DNA of 61,313 bases, the filler included, from Sphacelaria rigidula (lineage: Eukaryota), in assembly GCA_964200075.2 (NCBI GenBank). It is 10 parts of 10 records of this genome, joined end to end, with 100 filler letters (N's around TTAATTAATTAA, not from the genome) between each part and the next. Parts side by side here need not be neighbours in the genome. Positions count along the whole stretch, not along the records: positions 49,132 to 55,172 come from CAXNAA020022626.1; positions 55,273 to 61,313 come from CAXNAA020022627.1; 8 more parts are not named here. One strand, written 5' to 3'. Below the pieces are notes generated by a model, which worked only from the letters and a program-made list of their open reading frames with translations, searched no databases and had not been told where the DNA came from. Both the position numbers and the translations under genes were made by a program. This document shows, piece by piece, positions 49,686 to 61,313 of the stretch (position 1 is the first letter of the stretch; each line of letters starts with the position of its first letter).

Positions 49686-49920
49686 TATATATATTGACGG
49701 GCCAACACATCGGCACCCACGTGGATGCTTCAATATATTTTGACCCGTCAACATGTTTTCACCAATGCGACCTTAATATGTATTGGTCGTGCGATATGTC
49801 GTCGCCCACAATGCCCCAACATATATTGATGGGACAATACGTGTGTAACCCTACGGTACCAACATATATCTTGGGCGAGTATTATGTATGCAGTCCCACG
49901 ACATCAATACATATATATAT
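49686..49920. repeat. Degenerate 43-bp-period array
   Basis: AAYAT(A/G)TWT-type motif starts at 49732, 49775, 49818 and 49861. Confidence 0.6.
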
Positions 49921-50502
49921 ATATATAATATATTTATACAAGGTTCCCCTTCGGGAGGTTGGTACGGGCCTCCCAGGGTGACGCAAGTCGAAAATATATG
50001 GTTAAGATAGGCTGTTGTATCTCCATGTATAGTAGTGATCGTGGCTGTACAAAACATCGGATGGTGGCTCCGGATAAGGTTGACCAACTTGAGTAACACG
50101 AATGGAAGATCGTACAAATATTGGGCGGCAATAATTTCGACAAGTGTGGCATATGCGTAGCTGCTCATTAGCTGTGCACGTCGTGCGTGACCTTACCAAA
50201 TCTGTTCAGAACCTATTGAGAAAAGATGATTTTTGTGAGGCCGCTTCTCATCGACTGACAACAGTCTCTGAGAGAAGTCATTCCGGACTACTTTCCTCAG
50301 AGACATTTCAGTGAAATCAGTTTTCAAAACCCCACCTTTTAGTTTGTAGAAAACCCTGGAGATTTGTACACCCGAGGCCAGCATCAAGCCCGCATGAAGA
50401 CGGTGGTATATCATCGTGGTCATCATTTACATTGTGTGCTCGTCCCAACTGCGGTGAACTAATACGTAAATAATCCCGTCGAGGTACGGGATAGATGGGA
50501 TG

Positions 50503-50506
<4 letters not shown>

Positions 50507-50540
<34 letters not shown>

Positions 50541-50581
50541 TACACGCACGCACGCACGCACACACACACACACACACGCAC
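50507..50581. repeat. (CA)n microsatellite, probably the tail of a SINE-like repeat
   Basis: Follows ATAGATGGGATGATAA, similar to the SINE end ATAGATGGGGGTGACAACAC at ~42730. Confidence 0.8.
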
Positions 50582-53369
50582 AGCAGCTAAGGTATTAAAA
50601 TGATCGAAATGACAGGCGTGTCAACCCTTACTTCAGCCGACCGCCGCTTGGTATAGTAGTTGTAGTGTCGCAAGCGGTGAAGTGTGTGCAGCATACGGTT
50701 TGTGCCATTGTAAGGCGTGGGAGGACCGCATGCTTAGAGGACTGCATGGGAATTTGAACACCCCTGTGGTGAGGGTGAGGGTGAGTGTGAGTGTTGGGGT
50801 TAGGGTCAGGGGCGTGGTACCTGCAGGGATTGACCCGATTGGTTTTGGAAAATGTCGATCCTGAGGTATTTTGAACTACGGCGTGGTCTTCTAAGCACGC
50901 GGTCCTCTCACGCATTACACCATACTGCACACAAAACCCTCACGTGACAGTCAGTAGTGCCGTAGCAACCGTCTCAGTACACAGAATACTACAGGGTTCG
51001 GAATCGGTGGCGGGCACGACGAGTATGACACGATACGAGCAGTCAACACAGCCAGCATGAGTGTCATTGTGCTATTTTAGAGTGGTGAAGCTGTCGGCGA
51101 AAAAAGCACTATACTGTAATGTCTGTCCCTGGTCCTACGGTCATGAAGAGGAGACACGAAGTGCTGCAGCAGCTATGCTGTTGCCACGGTACTGTACATA
51201 CAACATGCACGACTACTTTTGGACTGACTGTACTACACTTGTAGGCGAGGAGTGCGTGATGGAGCACTGACTGTACCATTGCGGGTGCAGTGTGCAAGGA
51301 GTGTGTGATGAAACGTCAATACCCAGACAGAGAAACGTCTCTGGGAATCGATGGCGTTTGCCTGACAGATTTGGAAAAATCCCGTTGTCTGGGAATTTAT
51401 CAGTTTCCAGAGATTCGCTCCTCTCATGGATGTGGAATATTTGCTATCAGAGGTGTCCCAAACTTGGCTCCCGCCATCCTGGTTTTTCTTGCCATATTTT
51501 TCAAGTGAAAGTGATCGCGATTCATCAGATAATGAGACCCTTTGACGGTCGACAAGGGAAAGGCAGTGCCGATCCCCTGTCACGATTAAAAATCAAAGGC
51601 GACCACCATATAAAGGTACAGCTCCGCATCAAGAACATTGAAGTTCACCTGCTTACAGTGGTATTTGTTTCACTGGACTCAAGTTTTGATGTTGTATATC
51701 ATTGCACGGTAGGTGCGGCCCTGTATACAGGACTATGTCTACTGTAGACATGTTCGCCGTCTACCCTCAAATCTCATTTTGATCATACCAAATCAACCAT
51801 AGATTATATAACCAAAAAGCAGGTGTTTGAGCATCTCCGGTACACTGTGTCTGTCTGTTCAGTACTGCCTGAGCGTCCTAATTGTTCCACACCTCCATCT
51901 GGTATGAATCGTCATGGCGCAACACGCGAGCGGCGGTCACGAGTATCCTACTCACGTAGATGTAGACAAGTACTTCGACGGTGAGGCGACCGCCATCGCC
52001 GAGCAATTGCTTTGCAGGGGTAAGGGGCGTTTGTGGCGGTAGTCATGGCACGATATCCAAACGCACGCTGCGTACACTCGGCACGTTCTACACTGTAAGA
52101 TCCAGTACGCTGCAGACCGCACGTGCAGCCGCGGCACGATACACTACAGACTGCACAGCAAAAATATGAGGCGTCGTAATCACCTAGTCGACAACCACAC
52201 CACCACCGCCTGTGTTCTGGCTCTCACAACCACGTGCCTCTCATGCACTCCCGGTCCCGTCCGCCGTAGAGTACTGTAGGCGTTTTGAGTTGTTAAAGAG
52301 GAATGATTCTGAACCCAAAAAGTGGAGTGTCTACCTCAGTCTACCAGCGGGGGGGTCGCCGTCTGCGTTAAACCCTTGGACCGCGTCATTACAGCTCAGG
52401 TTTGAGTGTCATCTGGTACCTGTGGCGCGTGTTGTGGCCAAGGAAAGTCGCCCACACTGGCTCTTTTTCGCGGGGTGTCGATCCCGAACCACAAAAGCCT
52501 CCTCAAGATCGTGTAAACTCTGAACAAGAATCCGAATCAAAGCAGCGCGTTCATGACGGGGTATTTCTTCACTACAAACACAGGTCGGAGAATCTGAGAT
52601 TCCTTCACTCCTTAGGTTTGACATGAAGCGTCTAACAGCGTCATATCGAGGTCATGTGGGTCCCCGTTGTGCGAACTCAACAGTCCACAAAAGCATGTTC
52701 AAGAACATTGATGATAATAAGTCGAAATAGGATATCGGTGTCGATCCTTCGACCGCGAGGGCAGGTCACCTGTTGAATCGGCATCAACATTTACTTGAAA
52801 ATAGTATGCGTGATTGAGATGGAGTACCGGCTCCTTTGTGCACTGCAGAAGAAATCTCGGGCTAAGATGCCTTGCAGTCAGAGAAAGCTCGGTAAAAGTG
52901 GTGAAAAATGCGAAATGATAGATGTACATATGAGTAAAGTACAGTAAGGTGCTGCAAGGTACAGTAAAGTACAGTAGTAGCGAAGAGTAGAGTACAGGAA
53001 AGTACAGGAAAGTACAAGCGGAGTGCAGTACACACCTTGGGTGAGAATGAGTGTGCTCTCTCTTTTTAAAAAGATTCGAAACGTCATTTCAAAGGGCGTG
53101 TTAGAATTCAAGAAATGACAGTTCCGAATATACATACTCGAGGTTAGCGGTAAAACCAGTAACGATTCATCGTTAGAACAAAGACCGTAGTATATCTCGT
53201 GTGCAGAAACCCATCATCTTGTCAGAAGATTGAAGGGTTGAGTACGAAGAGTCTAAGGTATCATCAGTTTGGATAAACAGTTTTATAGCGTCCATGAGTG
53301 CTGTCGACAGAGTGATATAGCCTTACGCTATTACTCTCCAAAGCGACCAAGCTCAAGCAAGCCTACCAG

Positions 53370-54410
53370 CTTGTCATCAGTATTCTGGGGAGTAGCGACT
53401 GATTGTGTTTGATTTCAGTAACGACTGGATGAAGCGCCAAGTTTAAATCATCTTTCTTTTATCGAACAATCAAGTGTTTAACCAACACTGTGCAGCCTCT
53501 GCGAGCTCTCTTGTCAGGTCTGGGTTCACCACAGTCGAATGTTGTGTAGTTTGTACACAAGCCACGACAGCCATATATATGTCAACAATTTATTATCCTC
53601 GTACACTGTTACCGGAATAAACATCCCCCTGTTTCGGGCGCGAAACTGAAGCACCACCTTGATGAAGAGCGCGTCCTTCACCGCACCTCCCATGGCTACG
53701 TACTCGGCCTGCGTAGTAGATCGCCTAACGTTCTTCTGAGTAATTTAGACAAAGTTGTCAACAACTACACCACAAACAATAATCGCACCACCCGAAACTG
53801 AACACCGACCATCGAAATTCACGTAGTCTACGTCTGCGTACGTCAACAACTCCTCGCTTGAGCCTCTTTCATACGTGATGCCCAAACCTACGGTACTATT
53901 AACGTACTCGAATATCCGTCACACTTTTCGCCAGTCCTCGGGAGTCGAGTTCTCGATGTGTCTGGACGCACCTCTCACGGCATCGGCGATGTCCGGACGC
54001 GTGTTGTTTGAGAGCCACATCAACTATTCCACGGCCTCTTGGTGACTTCCCTTGTACGCCTCTCCTTCCTCAAAGTTGAATGAAGATGAAACATACAAGG
54101 GGGTGGCGGCGGTTTTGTCGATCGGGAACTCTTCAATCATCCTCCGAACGTACGCAGTCTGTTTCAACTTAGGAACACCTTTCTCCAGGCTGTGTCTGCA
54201 TTCACATCCCGCATATAAAACCAGTCCCCTCAGGTTTTTCGTTGCAAACTGAAGGCTGCGATCAGCGGCTAATTCATTGCACTCAGCCTCATTCCTCATG
54301 ACGGACATGTCATCAAGATGTGGCACAATCAAAACCCTGACCTCTTCCCCGTCCATCAGCCTGTAAATGCACGGATCGGCTACGCTCTGCTCGAAACCTG
54401 AACTTCCTGG
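53370..54410 (-). mobile_element. Decayed Ty1/Copia RT-RNase H fragment
   Basis: FEQSVADPCIY, VPHLDDM (YVDD equivalent), TRPDIADAVR, TYADVDY, STTQAEYVA, VYEDNK, KHLIVR; in-frame stops present. Confidence 0.92.
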
Positions 54411-54920
54411 AGTCCTCCCTAGCTACACCGAACAGTTATATTTCTGCTTGTCGAAGGCCGAACATCGTCTTCCTCATTTTTACGATAGTCCGAGGTCGCT
54501 TACCCAGACCTGTCGGCACCATCATTTATACCTCCTCCTTCAGACCAGACTGTACGAAAGCCTGCTCGACGTCGAGATTGAGAATCGATTTTTTCTCAGC
54601 GCAAGCTACGGCTGCAGCCACTCTGTTTGTTGTGACGGGAGGTGTTGGTGAAAACGTCGGAATATCGTCCATCTCTTGTTTGTCCGCCCTGAATACCAGT
54701 GGAGCCTTTACCTTAATTACTTAAACATGTTCGTCCGTCTTCCACTGGAGAACCCACTTCAACTCGACTGCGTTTCTCCTACTAGTAACAGTCGAGTTTA
54801 AATTTTGGGGTTCAACACTAAAATGGGGCTGAAGTCGCATTTCTCTATTGCAGGGAAGATACGAAAAAGTAACACAGTGCGAGAGTATCTTCCTCCCCAA
54901 AACTCCGCAGGAGGACTCAA

Positions 54921-55124
54921 CCGTCAGACCACGAGAGTAGGTCACCTGCTGAATCGGCATCAATATTCACTTGGAAAAGTACACGTCGTCCAGATGGACT
55001 ACCAACACCGCGGTCCAAGGGTTAACCCTTAGACCGCGAGGTTAGTCTTCTGTCGAATCGGCATCAATATCAAGTAAAAAAAAAGTATGCATGACCCAGA
55101 AAGACTAAGCTCGCGGTCTAAGGG
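54921..55124. mobile_element. Two abutting ~100-bp piggyBac-like MITEs sharing a TTAA
   Basis: 55026-55124 has 24-bp TIRs CCCTTAGACCGCGAG(G/C)TTAGTCTT with TTAA/TTAC flanks. 54921-55021 is a diverged copy with TCAA/TTAA flanks. Confidence 0.75.
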
Positions 55125-58100
55125 TTACGCAACTCTGGCTAGGTGCACCCAACGAATGCGGCGTACACGCGTNNNNNNNNNNNNNNNNNNNNNNNNNNNN
55201 NNNNNNNNNNNNNNNNTTAATTAATTAANNNNNNNNNNNNNNNNNNNNNNNNNNNNNNNNNNNNNNNNNNNNATTTTCTCATATGGTTGACAAGATGGAT
55301 GCCGTGGACGTATCAGGTACGAGCAAATTCGATTCCACCGTACGTTTTCGAGTCGAAAACAACTTGATAAGACACGGCCTGAGCTGGTAGATGATGAACC
55401 AAAAGTCAACGTTCAGAGAATCGGAGAATTGATCTGGTGTCCTCACAGCTAGCTGAAAAACATTACCCAACAGGCTGGGGTCTGACTAATCAACCCCAGG
55501 GAGAAGACTGTGTGTAGACGGGCTGAATTCCTCATATTTATTGTTGTTGTTGTTGTTGATGTTGTCTTCACATTATAAACCGTTCCGATATCTGCGCGGT
55601 ACATTCGTACTGGGCATCTGATGCGGACGCCTTCCGTGGTCACAGGCTAGCAAAAGAGCATATCTGTACAAACAAGGATTGGGTGACATAAAAAATGTTC
55701 AAGTGCTGCCTGCGTCTTAGTCCGTAAGGTTTGGAGGTTACCAACTGAGCCGACCGGCCATCTGCGCCCTAAATAATGGTTCAACAAAGATCCAGCGGTG
55801 ATTATCTTGAATTTAGTACAGTCCAACACTGCGCCAACAACCCCAAAACCACTCTCCTCTAAAAAAGAGAAAACCCGCGCATCTGTCACATCAGCTGGCG
55901 ATAATCTCAAAACAGGGCACCTACAGGAATATTGTTCCGTTGTAGAGTACGACATGTAAAGTAAAACAATAGTACAGTCAGGGCTGCGTTGGAATACGTA
56001 ACCCTATACGAGAATAATGAGAAAGGGCTCAACATATGATTCGATGTGCTCAACAAATGAGCAGTTGAATAATAATATTTGACGACGTGGGACAGGCGAA
56101 AAACCTGCCATAGATGAAGACATAACATTAATTATACGAGAATTCACGTAACGAGCGTAACGATCCGAACGATACGCAATTTTTTACGGGTAGGACGAAT
56201 CGACGAATCATTGCTGGTTCGGGTCACCACATCTACGATTTCTGAGGACTAGTTGATCGAGAGAGAGAATGAAAGTTGATCGCGAGACGAAACTTTCTGA
56301 GCTATTCTACGTGCCTGCGGTGCGCGTACCTGGATTGCAACGCTGAAAAAAAAGCCCAACGATTGATTCGTACCGCACGAATCAATGATATTAAAATCAA
56401 GTAATTTTCAGACGAATCCCTCAAGTAGGGGAAATTGGAAATTGGGAATTGACGGTCCGTTTACTATCGCTGCAACCTGCGTGCTGCGTTGTACAGTGCG
56501 ATACAGTTGCTGTATCTGTTACGTCAGAATCATAACAACGGGTCAGAAAGAACGGATTACCGTAACACATTCAACCAGGTCACTCAAACCGTGGAGCAAC
56601 CGAGCACTCACACAGGACGGTACCGGAACAATGAAGAGCATTGACTTGGATTGTTTTGATTCGTTTCTATGAGTTCTGTTTACCAGGAAGCCCAGACGTA
56701 CTTCTGACACACCAAACGCAACATACTCGTATTATGATGTAGCATGCCAGGCAACACAGGCTGGTGACCAGCCTTTCGGACGAATGTACATGCATCACAT
56801 ATAACCGGGATTTCCTGCCCCAACATCCCAGTCCAAGTACGCCACAACATGTGTGCAAGGCCAACGAACCCAGCGAGAGAACGTGTGTACGAGATGCACC
56901 ACTCGAAATTTTCTTGAAATTTTCTTCTCGAATCACGGGGTAGTATCTGACAACCACGACCACTTTACGAGGTACACGAGCGCCGAAAACAACTGAGTAC
57001 AGGGGCCTTTCGTCCTCGAGGCAAACGCTTTACCCAACTGTACACGCTTTTTCTTGCTGGTATTCTAGCTGTGACTTATGCCAGGAGGTCATTCGCTCAT
57101 TCCACTGGTGCTTGTGGAACAAGTGAGACCTAAGTGTCCGTTGGTTGGCGGACGCGCACCCCGATGCACACAGGGGAGCGGACTGGAGGAACAGGCAGAG
57201 GAATAGAAAAAAAACCATGATCGTCATATTCACATGCTACGACTGCACTGTCTGTAGCAGTAATCATACTCAAGGAACGGGTTTTGTATGTTGCATAATC
57301 GTGTACTGTACGGCCCACAGCCCCTCGTGCCGGACACACCGCTAAGAAAGGAAATTAACCAACATTTCGCCCAGCAACAAGGCAACCCTTGACACAGATA
57401 CGCAGCGACATACTGTACCTCGACCATGGCCGATCTCGGGCGGGGCACCGGCCCGCTCTTCTCCTCTGCTCGGCTGCGCCAGCTCCCATCATCCCCTCTC
57501 TGGGCCATATAGGTGAACCTTACCCAGAAATAACGCCGACCTACGACAGAGCCTTGTAGTGACCTCTTCCTTACGTGGTGTTTGCTTTCGGAGGGGTGTT
57601 TTGGGAAGGTAGATGTCCTGCTGTGATAAGCGAGGGGGGCCAGGGGGGAGCGGGGTTGTGGGATTCAAATGGTGTAACTGCAGTGTTTCAAATGCACTGA
57701 GTTGAGTTTTGTCCGTTATCAGGATTTGAAGAGAAGGATTAAATTTCGGTTTCGAAGCGTAGAACATGGCAACCGAACAAACACTTACAAGGCTGTAGGG
57801 TGCGCTCTACACCTTGTAGTTATTATTACGATCGCATCATTAACACTTACGCGGCAGACACACTCGCCACATAGAAGACACGGCGGACCCTTAGGCTAGT
57901 TTTTGCCTCGATACCCCCAACTCCCACATGCACCACAAGGCCGACTACCCCGCGACAGCATTTCAGAATAAATACTGTATGGAGAATGAGTGGAACCTCT
58001 GCAGCGCATTTTGATATTACTCGTCCACCCACGCTATATTGATCTCACCGTTAAGATGACGCTAGTAGTGATATAGTACAGTGCAGAGCAGTCCGCTAGC

Positions 58101-59430
58101 TCCTTGTCTCTCGCTTGCAAGAATATCTGCCGATACTGTGGTTTCCGGTGTACTGGTGTCTTGTTGACGACTTTCGGGACGATAGCACCTTGACCAATGC
58201 GATCACGGGTACGATTATTTTTATCTAGTATTGTCCTGAAGAATATTCTTTGAATATTCTGTGCGCTCGATTGAGCTGTTCGGATATGAAGCACGCGGAA
58301 ACCCAACGCCGCGCTACCTGCTGTATGCCGCACAGTTCGCGCCTTACACTCTACTACTGTCACAGCATTCGTCTTGCCTTCATCTATGAACGCACTGTGA
58401 AGGCCATTTGAACCAGGAAGGCGAAACATGGCGTGGAAGAACATGCTGATATATGCCTGGCTCGTGGTAGCTGCGGTAGGGGTGGTGACCGAGAAACAGG
58501 AGGGTGAAGATGTCCACATAGGATCCCCTCAGGTGAGCAAGCAGATACCGTCCCGCCGATGGCCAGCGACCTCCAAGCTTCCAGGCAGCCCGTTGACATT
58601 ATCGGTGAAGGGAGTGGCCTCAGGCTTCAGATCTTCTACAGTCTTTCGGAATGGCGTCGCATATGCAACCATGCATAGACATGAGGGCACAAGTACATCG
58701 GGACAGAGCAGTATTGCAGCAGTACTGTAGGAGCTGCCTGCTGGTAAAAACACCCCGCATCAATGGCCAGGCAACACTGAGAAAATTACTAGGCCTTCAC
58801 TCTGGGGGCACGAGCAGCCCGCGCCTCCGGAGTAACGTGAAAGTATAGATGCCCCTGCTTGCTCGAGTAGGCACGCGGACAGAAAACAAATTCCTTAATA
58901 TTTTGTCCGACATGGAGATATCTGCCCTGCGTGCCTGGCTGGTACTGTACGTTTTTGGGGTCTGTTCAAGCAGGTGTTCCCAAACCCCATCACCGGCACG
59001 AAGATCGCCCAAGGAGCGAAGATGATGCAACCCATTGCACACAATCTGGCCGGGTAAGAAGCACAGGACTATAGAGTAGAAACCGCTGCAAAACAAACCG
59101 CTGCAGCATGTCCACTATTCTCGTTATTGTGTGCTGTACGCTTCGCGTTCTTCGTGAACTTGGCGATCCCCCCGCAATGTGCAAAGGGCACCGACCATCT
59201 CAGCTTGTCAGCCAATTGTTTGTTTCTTGCCCTTTCGGGGAAGTTTCCACCACCGGGCCTGGGGAGCGGCACCGGTGAAGATCTCTTCCTTCCAAGCACT
59301 GAGAGGTTCCGCAGCAATCGTTGGAGCCTACAGAAGCACTGAACGAGCCGCCATTTGTCTATAGTGATGTTCGATATGAGCTATGTAGTGCTGTGATGGC
59401 ACAGGCGGGGTTTGCCTGCGTGCACGTCTG

Positions 59431-59724
59431 TTGCCCAGGTATATACTCAGCGTAGCTCAAATAGATTTGGTTCGGGGGTTACGTGCTCTAGTCGCCGCGG
59501 GTGCGTTTGTTGGTGTGGTGGTGTCTCACATCAGTCCTTGGGTCTGGTTGAGTACGTTTGTAGCTTTGATTATTCACGCGACCTTTGCGGAAAACTTCGC
59601 CCGACCCCTCAGGCCACTTTTTCTCGCAAATACCGTCAGCCCGCTTCTAATGGCAAACAAGAGCAAGAATCTGAAAAGCTACCATTTTGGACCTCCTGCG
59701 TCGTTTTACGCCGTGAAAGACGGC
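59431..59724 (+). CDS. Candidate exon of a membrane protein, cut by a foldback element
   Basis: After GCCCAG|, an open hydrophobic frame (RALVAAGAFVGVVVSHISPWVWLSTFVALIIHATFA). Other exon-like pieces lie at 58428-58532 and ~58975-59054, but I could not build a consistent model. Confidence 0.3.
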
Positions 59725-59730
59725 CAGGGG

Positions 59731-60050
59731 GATTCTGACACCTTGGAATGCCTCGCTTTACTCGTTGCAACGGTTCCAGGACACCTGTGCGTTTTCCAGA
59801 GACCGCAGTTTTTGGGGGGTCAGCCTTGCATTTTTCGCTGAGATCGCTCATTTTCCCCGGAGACCGGCCAAGTCCGGAGAAATTTCGAACAACTTCAGAA
59901 AAATGACGAAACATTTCCGAAAGTCTGGACTTGACTGATCTCCGAAAAAAAATGCAAGTTTGGCAAAAAAAAATGCGACCCCCGGAAGACGCAAAGGTGT
60001 TCTGGAACCGTCGCAACGAGTACAGAAAGGCATTCCACTGTTTCAAAATC
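59731..60050. mobile_element. Foldback MITE with ~100-bp TIRs
   Basis: TGGAATGCCTCGCTTTACTCGTTGCAACGGTTCCAGGACACCT versus rc TGGAATGCCTTTCTGTACTCGTTGCGACGGTTCCAGAACACCT. TSD unresolved. Confidence 0.8.
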
Positions 60051-61313
60051 CGCCTAGACCACTTTTCAGGTGCTAAACGGCGCAGAAGGTCCAAAAAGAC
60101 AGTTTTCCAGATTCCATTTTCGTTTACCTTGAGAAGCTGTCACAAAGTCATGCTTTGGGACCTTGGCGAATAAACAATGGTCGGGTTTGGTATGCAGTGG
60201 GTGGCGGAAACTGTCATGTCGAACTATAAACTATAACAAAAACACACAGCGACACAGTAGCACCCAACGAAGGGCCGGAGAAGCTGGAATGAAACGTGCC
60301 ATACGACACAAGTGTCCAACCAGAACGAGAGCAAGTTGAGCAACACCGAACAACTTGAGTCGCAACAGCACGCATCGTGATCACTATGAGTTCTGCAGAC
60401 GGGGAGAGCTGAAACTTCTCGCGACTCTCACGTGATCATCTCCGACATTTGCCAGAGATTTTAACGTGCGTCTCGATATCTATAGCGTCTTCCCTTTATT
60501 CAAAAACAAAACAAAACATCTTAATCCGTTCACCCCAACCGAACACCGAGCACCCTTCCAAAGGATATTCTTAATTTCTCGCAGGCCCGAACAGTAATCG
60601 CCGTCCGGTTGACGGCCGAGACGTCCCGTGAGGTATACCGGGGGACATCGACTCTCGCCCCATGTAGGCGGGGCGGGGACGCACAAAAAGAGGAAAAGTT
60701 TCGGACTAGACGGATAGCTTCCCGTTGCCATCCTAAGACGGAACGGAATGTGTTTTTTTCCCGTCGCTGAGAACAAAAACGCGAGAGAACATGTACTTTT
60801 TCCCTTGCCCCGGACGAGATGAATATTTTTACTTCCATCCCGCAAAAAATTCCCGTCATAACATACGTTTTCCCTCATGAAATGCTCTGAAAATATTGCC
60901 ACAAGAGACGATTTTGTTTCTCCCATTTGAATCATTGAAGCAACAAAAATGGGTACTGTTTCGTGATTCCGGGCGGATCCCGTTTGAGTTGGTTAAAGAC
61001 CCACCTTTATGGCGAGCACGAATCTTGATTTTTTCAAAATCGGGGGGACAAAAAATCGGAACGCATTTTATGGACACGGATTTGGACCAAATCGGGGGCG
61101 AAAAAATCGGGGGGTCACGATCTCGGAACGTTTTCCCCCGATTGTGTTGAAGTGACATACGTGCATTGACGTACAATGCTAGAGTACGAGGCGTTTGATA
61201 TTTTTGCAACGGCAGCAGAAGACAGCCTCGTGACAGCACAGGGCGTGCGTACTGCCGCCCCTAGCTGCTGAAGCAACTTCGCACGGGGTTCAACAAGCAG
61301 ATAATAAGTGCTG

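Noticed and set aside
49686..49920. CRISPR array
   Set aside because: The repeat is only ~11 nt and degenerate, the spacers are related to each other, no cas genes are present and the context is eukaryotic.
6043..55272. Regularly spaced TTAATTAATTAA palindromes as a biological array
   Set aside because: Always centred in N-runs; this is a synthetic six-frame stop linker.
61240..61265. Helitron 3' end (GGGCG...CGCCC followed by CTAG)
   Set aside because: The stem is weak and directly abuts CTAG, the next base is not T, and there is no second copy.

Overview
This window is not one locus. It is ten unrelated contigs of 6042/6041 bp (1-6042, 6143-12184, 12285-18326, 18427-24467, 24568-30608, 30709-36749, 36850-42890, 42991-49031, 49132-55172, 55273-61313) joined by an artificial 100-nt spacer (N44-TTAATTAATTAA-N44), so adjacency across spacers is meaningless. 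The DNA is eukaryotic, intron-rich and repeat-rich. The repeat families and CCCTAA tracts resemble those I recall from brown algae (Phaeophyceae, Ectocarpus-like); that assignment is an inference. Mobile content includes two decayed Ty1/Copia retrotransposons, one carrying three nested MITEs. There is also a family of ~250-bp MITEs with GAG/GAC termini and 4-bp TSDs (7 full-length copies), TA-flanked TIR elements, a hAT-like element with an 8-bp TSD, piggyBac-like ~100-bp elements, tRNA-derived SINEs, and LINE 3' ends sitting in C-rich tracts. Two multi-exon host gene fragments have phase-consistent GT-AG junctions: an unknown protein, and a protein with NUMOD3/IENR2-like motifs. Most ORFs in the supplied track are chance ORFs. 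I found no intact novel multi-gene system; the best leads are element families and local structures listed under findings.
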